Assembly: GCA_040755195.1 (NCBI GenBank)
Contig: JBFMBL010000011.1
Location: 5,754 to 69,753, forward strand
Origin: Bacillota bacterium
Lineage (GTDB): Bacteria > Bacillota > Desulfotomaculia > Desulfotomaculales > Ammonificaceae
Reading direction: 5' to 3'
DNA length: 64,000 bases
Shown here: positions 25,823-36,780 of the stretch, in pieces
Layout of the letters: every line of letters begins with the position of its first letter
How positions within the stretch are numbered: the first letter of the stretch is position 1
Notes under the pieces: model-generated
The model's database searches: none
Told to the model about the DNA's origin: nothing
Seen by the model: only the letters and a program-made list of their open reading frames with translations
Made by a program: the position numbers and the translations under genes

Positions 25823-26566
25823 CTACCTTAAGAGAACCAACCCCCCGGCAAGCGCTGCAACTTCGAGGATTTCATTGACGGCGCCGTAAGTATCGCCGGT
25901 AAGACCCCCGAGCCGGCGACTAAAAAAAAGTCCCAATAACGTAGCGATGGCAAAGGAGGCGGCAGATATGAAGCAACCGGCAAACCCGCCGATACCAAAA
26001 CCTATGGCCAGCGTCAGCGCCGTCGCCGTAACAACCTCCCGCCATCCGGTATACTTCTTGTAGAACATCCCCTGACCCTTCGGCCGGACGTACGGGAAAA
26101 GGTCGATCGCCCAGACCACACCACAACGGCTCACGACCGGCGCCAGCAAAATCAACCGCCAGGCCGATCCTGAAAGGGACTGAAACAGAGCAAACCGCAG
26201 GAAAAGAAGGGATATCGCCCCCATCACCCCAAAGGCCCCTACCCGGCTGTCCCGCATAATCTCCAGGCGGCGCTCGGCATTCCCGCCCCCGAAGCCGTCC
26301 AACGTGTCCATAAAACCGTCCAGGTGCATCCCGCCGGTTACGACAAGCCCCCCGGCAACCATCAGGGCTGCCGTCACCGGTGACGACCATATCAAACTAC
26401 CGCCGTAATAAATACCTGTTAAAATGGCTCCTACCAGCAAACCCACCAACGGGAAAAAAGCCGTCCCGCGTCCGAAGACCTCCGCATCGAAGGAAACGTT
26501 TCCTACCGGCAGGCGGGTTAGGTTCTGTACCGCCAAGAGAAAACCCCGCCAAAGCCTGATTTTCAT
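25823..26566 (-). CDS. cobS: Adenosylcobinamide-GDP ribazoletransferase (cobalamin synthase) CobS
   Basis: Polytopic protein, MKIRLWRGFLLAVQNLTRLPV N-terminus typical of CobS. Confidence 0.85.
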   Translation of the reverse strand: MKIRLWRGFLLAVQNLTRLPVGNVSFDAEVFGRGTAFFPLVGLLVGAILTGIYYGGSLIWSSPVTAALMVAGGLVVTGGMHLDGFMDTLDGFGGGNAERRLEIMRDSRVGAFGVMGAISLLFLRFALFQSLSGSAWRLILLAPVVSRCGVVWAIDLFPYVRPKGQGMFYKKYTGWREVVTATALTLAIGFGIGGFAGCFISAASFAIATLLGLFFSRRLGGLTGDTYGAVNEILEVAALAGGLVLLR

Positions 26567-26575
26567 CCTTCCGCC

Positions 26576-27541
26576 TCACCCCGCCCAATACCAGAAAACC
26601 ACCCGGATTCCAAACCCCAAAACCAGCGCCAAAAAAGTCACCACGTAAAGCACCCGCACCGCAGCCGCGATATGTTCCGGACTGAGCGGCGCCAGTGGTT
26701 CGCCGAGGTAAGGGCGGAAAGATATAACGCCCCGGTAGCTGCTCGGCCCGCCGAACTGCACCCCCAAAAACCCGGCCATCGCCGCCTCCGGAATCCCGCT
26801 GTTTGGGCTCGGGTGCTTGCGCCCGTCCCGGCGCATCACCCGCCAAACCCGCCGCCAATCGCCTCGCCTAAGAAAAGCGGCCAAAGTAATAAGCAAACCT
26901 GTCAGCCGCGCGGGAACAAAGTTTAAAAGGTCGTCGAGACGCGCCGATGCCCAGCCAAGATGGCGGTAATGCTGATCCCGATAGCCTACCATGGAATCAA
27001 GGGTGTTAACCGCACGGTAGGCAAGCGCCAGCGGCGCCCCACCGGCAAAAGCGTAGAAAAGCGGCGCCACCACGGCGTCTACGGTGTTTTCAGCTACGCT
27101 TTCGACCGCCGCTCTTACAACCCCTTCAGCATCCAGTTGCGCCGTATCTCGTCCCACAATTGCAGCGACTTGCTCCCGCGATATCGCAAGGTTGCCGGCA
27201 ACAAGCGGTCGCCGGACCGCTTCGGCAGCCGCGGACAGGCCTTTGACCGCCATGGACATCGCTACCAGATAGACTTCAGCTAGAAATCCCGCTTCCCGGT
27301 GCCACTGGTATAAAAGCGTCAAACCTTTAGCTGCAACCATATAGGCCCCGACAGGCACAATAACCGCCAAAAAGACCCCGCCAACCCATAAGCCGGCCGG
27401 CCCACCCGCCAACCGGCGGATTAACCGCTCAAAGAACCAAATCACCCGGCCTAAAAGCCGCACCGGGTGGGGTAGCCAGGGCGGATCGCCGACCAAAAGA
27501 TCAAAGACAAAGGCGCTTAAGACAACAAAGATGTTTTGCAT
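26576..27541 (-). CDS. cbiB: Adenosylcobinamide-phosphate synthase CbiB
   Basis: FDLLVGDPPWLPHPVRLLG signature of CbiB/CobD membrane proteins. Confidence 0.85.
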   Translation of the reverse strand: MQNIFVVLSAFVFDLLVGDPPWLPHPVRLLGRVIWFFERLIRRLAGGPAGLWVGGVFLAVIVPVGAYMVAAKGLTLLYQWHREAGFLAEVYLVAMSMAVKGLSAAAEAVRRPLVAGNLAISREQVAAIVGRDTAQLDAEGVVRAAVESVAENTVDAVVAPLFYAFAGGAPLALAYRAVNTLDSMVGYRDQHYRHLGWASARLDDLLNFVPARLTGLLITLAAFLRRGDWRRVWRVMRRDGRKHPSPNSGIPEAAMAGFLGVQFGGPSSYRGVISFRPYLGEPLAPLSPEHIAAAVRVLYVVTFLALVLGFGIRVVFWYWAG

Positions 27542-27663
27542 CTTAACTTTCGCATTTGATATTACTTTTGAAGATAAAGAAAGTCATTTTGCTTGCCATC
27601 GATTATAATAGACATTCTTAAGACAATCCAGGTTCGGTCACGTCTTAGATTACGCCAAGCTTA

Positions 27664-29487
<1,824 letters not shown>

Positions 29488-29542
29488 GTTTTAGTCCTCC
29501 TTGAGCACGGTGATATACTTCGACCGCGCTAATTTTTGTCAC

Positions 29543-29580
29543 CTAAAAAAAGAAAGCGCCGGGCATTAAAGCACGGCGCT
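29543..29580 (-). terminator. Terminator-like hairpin plus U-run between the glmS ribozyme and the glmS start
   Basis: Minus strand reads AGCGCCG-tgctttaatgcc-CGGCGCT followed by TTCTTTTTTT. It lies about 55 nt upstream of the glmS ATG. Confidence 0.4.
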
Positions 29581-29599
29581 GTTTTTGCAAAACAAAAGA

Positions 29600-29790
29600 T
29601 GCGTATGCGCGTGAAAAGCCATACTCTGCCGAATCGCCACCTGGTGCTTTTGTCCCGGCGGTTACCCGCCGGTTTTGTGACACCGCTTACGGCCGTGGCC
29701 GGCCGGGAGGCACCCGCCGAATAGACCTCGATAAGCCTCCCCCTCGTCAACTGTCTTTGGTGCGATGATGAACTTCACCTGGCTGTTTCA
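29600..29790 (-). ncRNA. glmS ribozyme (GlcN6P-dependent), boundaries approximate
   Basis: Minus strand reads GACGAGGGGGAGGCTTATCGAGGTCTATTCGGCGGGTGCCTCCCGGCC...GCCGTAAGC...GGGACAAAAGCACC. This matches the conserved ribozyme core as I remember it from Bacillus and Thermoanaerobacter, and it lies directly 5' of glmS. Confidence 0.8.
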
Positions 29791-29892
29791 GAAGTCAGAA
29801 GCCAGAAGTCGGAAGTCCGAAAATTTAGGGGAAATTCGCATAGCGAATTTCTACAAAGATTCTGACCTCTGACATCCTGCATCCGACATCCG
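29789..29892. repeat. Heptad-periodic imperfect inverted repeat around a central hairpin
   Basis: CAGAAGT CAGAAGC CAGAAGT CGGAAGT ... GAAATTCGC-ata-GCGAATTTC ... TCTGACC TCTGACA TCCTGCA TCCGACA. Confidence 0.6.
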
Positions 29893-29990
29893 TTTCTGCC
29901 ATGCTCGTTCCTGATCGCACCCGAAGGTTTAACTTTCAACCTCCACAAACAGTTCTGGCGCTTGCAAATTGTCAGTTAAGAAACCTCATT

Positions 29991-31346
29991 TTAAACCGAT
30001 ATTTCACCTCCTTCAAGCGTGTGGACCACTCCCACCAGTTCATCTACAACCTGAAGGGTCAATTCTGCGTCGCGCGCCTCCACCATAACCCTGATCAGCG
30101 ATTCCGTGCCCGAAGCCCGAACCAGCACCCGGCCTTCGCCGCCGAGACGCGCTTCCTGCTGCTTTATCGCCTCGTTTAACACCGGACTGTTGAGTATCCG
30201 TTCCTTCTCGTTCACCCGCACGTTCTTCAACAGCTGTGGGTAACGCTCGAATTCGGCTGCGAGTTCCCCGAGCGACTTCCCGGTTTCCCGCATCACCTTT
30301 AAAAGGTTCAGCGCGGTAATAAGCCCGTCGCCGGTGGTATTCTGGCCCAGGAAAATGATGTGCCCGGATTGCTCCCCGCCCAGACAGGCGCCGGTTCGCA
30401 GCATTTCCTCCAAAACATAACGGTCGCCGACCCTGGTCACCGAAGCGTTAATCCCGGAAGAGGCAAGTGCCCGGAGCAGCCCGAGATTGGACATCACGGT
30501 CACCACAACCGTGTTTAAGGGCAGTTCACCTTTCTCGTTCAGATAACGCGCACAGGCCAGGATGATGGCGTCACCGTCGACTATGTTTCCTTTTTCGTCC
30601 ACGGCGATCAACCGGTCCGCATCACCGTCAAAAGCCAGGCCCAGGGCGGCACCTGAAGAAAAGACCAGTTCCTGAAGCGTCTGCGGTTTGGTAGAGCCAC
30701 AGCCGTTGTTGATGTTAAGCCCGTCCGGCCTGGTTCCCGCAGCGACGACTTCCGCCCCCAGAGCCTTCAACACCCGCGGCGCGATGTCGTACGCCGCTCC
30801 ATGGGCGCAATCCACCGCGATCCGGAGCCCTCTGAGTTCCTTCGGCCCGGTTTCGAGGGCGTGGTTTACATAACGTTGAACAGCATCGTGCATCGTTAAA
30901 GCCCGGCCGATATTGCCTCCGACCGGTGAAGGAATCCCGTTCATGTTTCTTAAAATGAGTCCTTCAATTTCTTCTTCGGCTGCGTCCGGCAGTTTATAAC
31001 CGTCGGGGCCGAAGAACTTTATCCCGTTGTCCGGTGCAGGGTTATGCGAGGCAGAAATCATTATTCCGCCCGCCGCTTTGAGATCCCGGGTAAGATAAGC
31101 CACCGCCGGCGTGGGCACGACTCCCAGAAGAAGCGCGTCGGCGCCCGCGGAAAGTATCCCCGCGACTAGCGCCGCTTCCAGCATTTCTCCTGAGGCGCGG
31201 GTATCACGCCCCACAACTATTCCTTTGGTCCCGGTTTCCCGGGTAAGGATATACGCGCCGGCCCGACCGAGTTGAAACGCCAGCAATGGGCCAAGCTCCT
31301 TGTTGGCAACGCCCCGGACACCATCAGTGCCAAAAAGAATACCCAC
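29991..31346 (-). CDS. glmM: Phosphoglucosamine mutase GlmM
   Basis: GTG 31346 gives (M)GILFGTDGVRGVAN, with a GAAGGGGG ribosome-binding site. Active-site loop SASHNP. Confidence 0.9.
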   Translation of the reverse strand: MGILFGTDGVRGVANKELGPLLAFQLGRAGAYILTRETGTKGIVVGRDTRASGEMLEAALVAGILSAGADALLLGVVPTPAVAYLTRDLKAAGGIMISASHNPAPDNGIKFFGPDGYKLPDAAEEEIEGLILRNMNGIPSPVGGNIGRALTMHDAVQRYVNHALETGPKELRGLRIAVDCAHGAAYDIAPRVLKALGAEVVAAGTRPDGLNINNGCGSTKPQTLQELVFSSGAALGLAFDGDADRLIAVDEKGNIVDGDAIILACARYLNEKGELPLNTVVVTVMSNLGLLRALASSGINASVTRVGDRYVLEEMLRTGACLGGEQSGHIIFLGQNTTGDGLITALNLLKVMRETGKSLGELAAEFERYPQLLKNVRVNEKERILNSPVLNEAIKQQEARLGGEGRVLVRASGTESLIRVMVEARDAELTLQVVDELVGVVHTLEGGEISV

Positions 31347-31468
31347 GTGCGCAAAAGCCCCCTTCGGCCAAACTTTATAACGACAAAGTTCCGGTGTCAA
31401 CGATAATTTATTCTATGCGGCAAGAAAATAGTTGGTTAGTCTGGAGGACGGCTGTAATAAGCTGTGGG

Positions 31469-33046
31469 TTACAGGTTCTCCTCACCTTCTGCCTTCAGGA
31501 GACCGTAGGCAAAGCTGTCCGCAAGCGCCTGCCAGCTCGCTTCGATGATATTCGGAGAAACTCCTACCGTAACCCAGGACCGGTGCCCGTCGGCCGTTTC
31601 GATAAGCACCCGGACCAGAGCGCCCGTCCCGGCGGTTTCATTTAAGACCCGCACCTTGTAGTCGGTAAGCCGCATGTTTTTTATATCGGGGTAAAACTGC
31701 TCAAGGGCTTTGCGGAGTGCGTTGTCGAGAGCGTTGACGGGGCCGTTGCCTTCGGCGGCTGTGTGAACCATCTTATCTCCTACCCGGAGCTTGATCGTGG
31801 CTTCGGAATGAACGGTCCCGCCTTCCTTCAGCTCATTGAGAATACGGAGGCTTTCCAGCAGGAAGGGTTTCTGATAGCCGTTTGAGGCCTTCATAAGCAG
31901 CAGTTCGAAGGAACCCTCGGCGCTTTCAAACTGGAACCCCTGGTGTTCGAGTTCTTTCAACTGTGCCAGGACCTGGCGGGCTGATTCCCCTTGTGTAGGC
32001 AGGTCAAGGTTCAGCTCGCGGATCTTGTGAATCATGTTTGAAAGTCCGGACAACTCTGAAACCAGCACCCGGCGGCGGTTGCCGACCGCTTCCGGGTTTA
32101 TATGCTCGTAAGTTAGCGGGTCTTTCATCAGCGCGCTGACGTGCAGACCGGCTTTACTGGCGAAGGCGCTCATCCCGACGTAAGGCTGCTGCGGGTTCGG
32201 GTGAACGTTGGCAACCTCGCTGACATAGCGGGAAAGCTCCACCAGACGCTGTATTCTTTCCGCCGGAATGGTAGAAATATCGCATTTCAACGAAAGATTG
32301 GGCACCACCACACAAAGGTCCGCATTCCCGCAGCGCTCGCCGTATCCGTTTACCGTTCCCTGTACATGGCTCGCGCCGGCCTGAACGGCCGCCAGGGTAT
32401 TCGCCACCGCCATCCCGGTGTCGTTGTGCGCGTGAACACCTACCGGGAGGTTGAATTTCCCGCACACCAACTCCACCACCGGGCCGATCTCCCACGAAAG
32501 CATGCCGCCGTTGGTGTCGCAGAGGACCAGGGCGGTTGCGCCGCCGGCGGCAGCCGCTTCAAGCGTGGCCAGGGCATACCCGGGGTTGGCTTTATAACCG
32601 TCGAAGAAATGTTCGGCGTCGTAGATCACAGCGAGTCCCTGCTCCCGCAGATAAGCGATCGATTCCCGGATCATCGCCAGGTTTTCTTCAAGGGTGGTAC
32701 CGAGCGCCCGGGTCACGTGAAAGTCCCAGCTCTTCCCGACAAGTGTAGCTGTTTTGGCGCCTGATTGCAGAATTACCGCCAGGTTCTCGTCATCGGCCGG
32801 ACGGACGTTCTTCTTCCTGGTGGCGCCGAACGCCGCAACCTGCGCGTTTTCAAGCCTGAGTTCGCGAACACGGGCAAAATACTCCATGTCCTTGGGGTTG
32901 GAGCCGGGGTAGCCCCCTTCGACGTAATGAAAGCCCATCCGGTCGAGCTTTTGCGTGATTTTCAATTTATCTTCAACGGAAAAGGAGATCCCTTCCGTCT
33001 GCGCTCCATCACGTAGCGTGGTATCATAAATCTCTACTGCACGCAT
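31469..33046 (-). CDS. cimA: LeuA-family synthase, citramalate synthase (CimA) type
   Basis: MRAVEIYDTTLRDGAQTEGISFS, 525 aa with a LeuA-dimer-like C-terminus. Could instead be a second isopropylmalate synthase. Confidence 0.7.
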   Translation of the reverse strand: MRAVEIYDTTLRDGAQTEGISFSVEDKLKITQKLDRMGFHYVEGGYPGSNPKDMEYFARVRELRLENAQVAAFGATRKKNVRPADDENLAVILQSGAKTATLVGKSWDFHVTRALGTTLEENLAMIRESIAYLREQGLAVIYDAEHFFDGYKANPGYALATLEAAAAGGATALVLCDTNGGMLSWEIGPVVELVCGKFNLPVGVHAHNDTGMAVANTLAAVQAGASHVQGTVNGYGERCGNADLCVVVPNLSLKCDISTIPAERIQRLVELSRYVSEVANVHPNPQQPYVGMSAFASKAGLHVSALMKDPLTYEHINPEAVGNRRRVLVSELSGLSNMIHKIRELNLDLPTQGESARQVLAQLKELEHQGFQFESAEGSFELLLMKASNGYQKPFLLESLRILNELKEGGTVHSEATIKLRVGDKMVHTAAEGNGPVNALDNALRKALEQFYPDIKNMRLTDYKVRVLNETAGTGALVRVLIETADGHRSWVTVGVSPNIIEASWQALADSFAYGLLKAEGEENL

Positions 33047-33066
33047 TTATCCCTTATACCTCCGAT

Positions 33067-33244
33067 GCAACCATTCAAGTGCTTCCGTGGGGCGCGGCGA
33101 TAAGCGGCGCATAACTTCGTCAGGCCCTACCGGCCAGGTCCTCACGTATTCCCGTATACGCTCCGGCCTGTCCGGTTGTGCCTTCCTTGTTCTACTTGCT
33201 TCTGGCCGCGTTCCGTAAGTGTTAGGCGACAGATGAATAGTTAC
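33067..33244 (-). mobile_element. Family A miniature inverted-repeat element, copy 4
   Basis: Termini GCAACCATTCAAG and ATGAATAGTTAC. Perfect 8-bp direct repeats CCTCCGAT at 33059-33066 and 33245-33252. Confidence 0.8.
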
Positions 33245-33371
33245 CCTCCGATAACGGTCGTCTGTCGCCAGTTGTCGGTGGTTAATTTCTCATTTCTTTT
33301 TGCACCGACCAGCTAACTCAGCAAAAACACTGCATTCTGCCTTCTATATTCTGAATTCTGACTTCTGTATT

Positions 33372-33860
33372 CTACTTCTTAAGCCTTGCTGCTACGTAGG
33401 GTATGAGCCCCCCCGCCGCTATAATAGCCTGCATGAACGGGGGAATCGGCCGGGCCTGGTACTCCTGTCCGGTACCGGCCACGCTGATCCTGCCTGTGTC
33501 GAGTTCGATACGCACCCGGCTTCCCGGCGGGATTGACTCCGCTTCCGAACATTCGAGAATGGGAAGCCCGATGTTGAACGCGTTGCGGTAAAATATCCGG
33601 GCGAAGCTTCCGGCCACCACGCAGGCCACACCGGCGGCCTTTATGGCCACAGGCGCGTGCTCCCGCGAGGAACCACACCCGAAGTTGGCTCCGGCCACTA
33701 TCACGTCGCCGGGTTGAACGCGTCCGGCGAATGTGGGATCGGCGTCCTCCATGCAGTGCAGCGCCAGCTCCGCCGGGTCGCTGGTGTTAAGGTAACGGGC
33801 CGGGATGATGAGGTCCGTATCGACGTTATCGCCGAATTTAAAGACGTTTCCTTCGTTCAT
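33372..33860 (-). CDS. leuD: 3-isopropylmalate dehydratase small subunit LeuD
   Basis: [16 protein letters not shown] and [13 protein letters not shown] motifs. Confidence 0.85.
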   Translation of the reverse strand: MNEGNVFKFGDNVDTDLIIPARYLNTSDPAELALHCMEDADPTFAGRVQPGDVIVAGANFGCGSSREHAPVAIKAAGVACVVAGSFARIFYRNAFNIGLPILECSEAESIPPGSRVRIELDTGRISVAGTGQEYQARPIPPFMQAIIAAGGLIPYVAARLKK

Positions 33861-35138
33861 CTAGCTCACCTCTTCCGGGCTTGCAATCCGCCCCATAATC
33901 GCAGATGCCGCAGCCACCGCGGGATTGGCGAGATAGACCTCGCTTTCCGGATGCCCCATACGCCCCACGAAATTGCGGTTGGTCGTCGAGACGGCGCGCT
34001 CGCCTTTGGCCAGGATCCCCATGTGCCCGCCTAAACACGGCCCGCACGTAGGCGTGGAAAAGACGGCGCCGGCGGCGACAAAGGTTTCAATAAGTCCTTC
34101 CTTCAGCGCCTGGCGATAGATCTCCTGGGTTCCCGGAATTACTATCATCCGCACGCTCCTGTGGACCTTTCTGCCGCTTAAGACCAGGGCCGCCAGGCGC
34201 AGGTCGTCCATCCGCCCGTTGGTACACGACCCGACTACGACCTGGTCGATTTCAATATTCCCCGCCTTGCTTACCGGTCTGACGTTGTCCGGTAAATGCG
34301 GGAAGGCCACGCAGGGCTCAAGATTGCTCACGTCAAATTCATAAACCTTTTTGTAATTAGCGTCGGGGTCACTCGCAAACACGCGGTACGGACGCCGGGC
34401 ACGGTCCCGGGCGTACGATTCGGTTTTGTCGTCGGCGGCGATGATCCCGTTTTTCGCGCCGGCCTCAACCGCCATGTTGCACATGGTGAACCGCCCGTCC
34501 ATGGAAAGCTTTTCTATTACCGGCCCGCAGAACTCCATTGCGCAGTAAAGCGCCCCTTCCACCCCGATTTTCCCTATGGTGTGGAGAATGAGGTCCTTAC
34601 CCCCGACCCAGGGCCCCGGTTCGCCGGTGTAAACGAACTTCAGGGACTCCGGTACCTTGAACCAGGTTTCGCCCAGTGCCATCGCCGCGGCCAGGTCGGT
34701 GGACCCCACACCGGTGGCGAAAGCGCCGAGCGCCCCGTAAGTGCAGGTATGGGAATCGGCCCCGATGATCACATCGCCGGGTCCCACCAGCCCCTGTTCG
34801 GGCAGGAGGCAGTGTTCTATGCCCATCCGTCCGACCTCGAAGTAGTTCGGCAGGTCGTGACGCCGGGCGAACTCCCGCATGACCTTCGCCTGCTCCGCCG
34901 ACTTGATGTCCTTGTTGGGCGTAAAATGATCGGGGACCATAACCACCGCCGCCGGGTCAAATATCGGCACGCCGACCCGCTCGAACTCCCGGATCGCCAA
35001 GGGCGCGGTGATGTCGTTGCCCAGAAGCACGTCGACTTTGGCGCTGATCAGTTCACCCGGTTCAACGTATTCCTTGCCGGCATGCGCCGCAAGAATCTTC
35101 TCCGTAACCGTCTGTGGAACCCGCTGCAACAGTTTCAC
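33861..35138 (-). CDS. leuC: 3-isopropylmalate dehydratase large subunit LeuC
   Basis: Aconitase-family sequence ([22 protein letters not shown]). GTG start. Confidence 0.85.
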   Translation of the reverse strand: MKLLQRVPQTVTEKILAAHAGKEYVEPGELISAKVDVLLGNDITAPLAIREFERVGVPIFDPAAVVMVPDHFTPNKDIKSAEQAKVMREFARRHDLPNYFEVGRMGIEHCLLPEQGLVGPGDVIIGADSHTCTYGALGAFATGVGSTDLAAAMALGETWFKVPESLKFVYTGEPGPWVGGKDLILHTIGKIGVEGALYCAMEFCGPVIEKLSMDGRFTMCNMAVEAGAKNGIIAADDKTESYARDRARRPYRVFASDPDANYKKVYEFDVSNLEPCVAFPHLPDNVRPVSKAGNIEIDQVVVGSCTNGRMDDLRLAALVLSGRKVHRSVRMIVIPGTQEIYRQALKEGLIETFVAAGAVFSTPTCGPCLGGHMGILAKGERAVSTTNRNFVGRMGHPESEVYLANPAVAAASAIMGRIASPEEVS

Positions 35139-35175
35139 CTCGATTTTTTCTTATCCTGATGGACCTTTGGAGGTC

Positions 35176-35226
35176 CGTTCAACGTTCAACGTTCAAGGTT
35201 CAACGTTTCTGTATTCTGTATTCTGA
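35176..35226. repeat. Tandem heptads (CGTTCAA x4 variant, then TCTGTAT x2) in the leuA-leuC spacer
   Basis: CGTTCAA CGTTCAA CGTTCAA GGTTCAA CGTTTCTGTATTCTGTATTCTGA. Confidence 0.6.
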
Positions 35227-36762
35227 TTAAACCTCAGGCCGAATCCTAGGCCCGTTCGTATCCGCCACCATTTTGTTTAAGGCGTCGATATAAGCCCGCG
35301 CGCTCGCCTCGAGAACGTCGGTGCTGATGCCCCGTCCCAGAAACGTCTGGCCCTTTTCGCTTTTAATGCGTACCATCACGCTTCCCACGGCGTCCTTACC
35401 TCCGGTTACCGCATCGATGCCGTAGGCCTCGAGGGTGCACTTAAATCCGGTTATCTTGTCGATGGCCTTGTAAATCGCGTCCACCGGCCCGTTCCCACAG
35501 GCGGCCTCCTCGACAGCATTGCCGCTGATCAGCAACCCGAGGGTGGCTGTCGGAACCACGGTAGTCCCGCTCGAGATGTGGAGGTAGTTGAGCTCGAAGG
35601 TCGGCGGTATCTTGCGGATCTCCTCCTCCATCAGCACCTGCAGATCGTCGTCGGTAATGGTCTTTTTACGGTCGCAGAGTTCCTTAAACCGGGCGAAGGC
35701 CTCATTTAATTCGTCTTCCGTAAGGGTATAACCCAACTCCGCCAGCCGCGTCTTGAAGGCATGTCGTCCGGACAGCTTCCCGAGTACGATCCGTGACTGT
35801 GGAATGCCGATGACTTTCGGGTCAATTATTTCATAGGTCGTCGGTTCCTTTAACACCCCGTCCTGATGGATCCCTGATTCATGGGCAAAGGCATTCTTCC
35901 CGACAACGGCTTTATTCGGCTGGACAGCCATTCCGGTCAAAGCGGTCACGAGCTTGGACGTGCGGAAGATTTCCTCCGTCCTGATTCCGGTCTCCATCTG
36001 ATACAGCGAGCGCCTGGCGTAAAGACCCATCACCAGTTCTTCAAGGGCCGCATTCCCGGCTCTTTCACCGATACCGTTTACCGCTACCTCTGCCTGTCTT
36101 GCGCCGTTTCGTATCGCCGCCAGCGTATTTGCAACCGCCAGGCCCAGGTCGTTGTGACAGTGTACGCTTATAATCGCTTTTTCAATCCCGGGCGTCCTTT
36201 CCCGGATGGTCCGGATGAATTCCCCGAACTCCTCGGGAACCGCGTAGCCGACGGTATCGGGGATGTTTAAAACCGTGGCCCCGGCTTCGATCGCCGCCGC
36301 CAGCACCTGACACAAGTAATCGATGTCGGAACGCGAGGCGTCCATCGCCGAAAACTCCACATCGGAAGTGTACCCCTTCGCCCGCTTCACCGATTCCCGC
36401 GCGGCTTCCAACACCTGCTCCCGGCTCATCTTCAGCTGGTGCTTCAAATGAATGTCCGAGGTGGAGATGAAGGTGTGGATCCGTGGCTGTTCCGCCCCTT
36501 GCAAGGCCTCCCACGCCCGGTCGATATCCGCAAACCTCGCCCGAGCCAGGGCGGCAATCGTTGAACCCTTAACGTTCCGGGCGATTTCTGTAACAGCGGC
36601 AAAGTCGCCGGGCGAGGCTATCGGGAAACCGGCCTCGATTATGTCAACCCCGAGGCGCACCAACTGCCTGGCTATCTGCACCTTTTCCTTTACGTTCAGG
36701 TTTACCCCGGGCGATTGTTCACCATCCCGGAGGGTAGTGTCGAAGATGTAAATACGTTCCAT
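35227..36762 (-). CDS. leuA: 2-isopropylmalate synthase LeuA
   Basis: [35 protein letters not shown]. Confidence 0.9.
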   Translation of the reverse strand: MERIYIFDTTLRDGEQSPGVNLNVKEKVQIARQLVRLGVDIIEAGFPIASPGDFAAVTEIARNVKGSTIAALARARFADIDRAWEALQGAEQPRIHTFISTSDIHLKHQLKMSREQVLEAARESVKRAKGYTSDVEFSAMDASRSDIDYLCQVLAAAIEAGATVLNIPDTVGYAVPEEFGEFIRTIRERTPGIEKAIISVHCHNDLGLAVANTLAAIRNGARQAEVAVNGIGERAGNAALEELVMGLYARRSLYQMETGIRTEEIFRTSKLVTALTGMAVQPNKAVVGKNAFAHESGIHQDGVLKEPTTYEIIDPKVIGIPQSRIVLGKLSGRHAFKTRLAELGYTLTEDELNEAFARFKELCDRKKTITDDDLQVLMEEEIRKIPPTFELNYLHISSGTTVVPTATLGLLISGNAVEEAACGNGPVDAIYKAIDKITGFKCTLEAYGIDAVTGGKDAVGSVMVRIKSEKGQTFLGRGISTDVLEASARAYIDALNKMVADTNGPRIRPEV

Positions 36763-36780
36763 TCCTGTGTCCCTCCAGAT

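Noticed and set aside
29789-29892. Heptad arrays and short-period repeats considered as CRISPR arrays
   Set aside because: The units are 7-9 nt with no unique spacers of 25-40 nt and no 24-37-nt direct repeats. No cas genes are present in the window.
33047-33371. ppGpp (ykkC subtype 2a) or other known riboswitch upstream of cimA and the BCAA genes
   Set aside because: No ykkC-like conserved segments (GGGA..AAAGCCCGGGAG-type) are visible. The region is explained by the MITE plus heptad filler.
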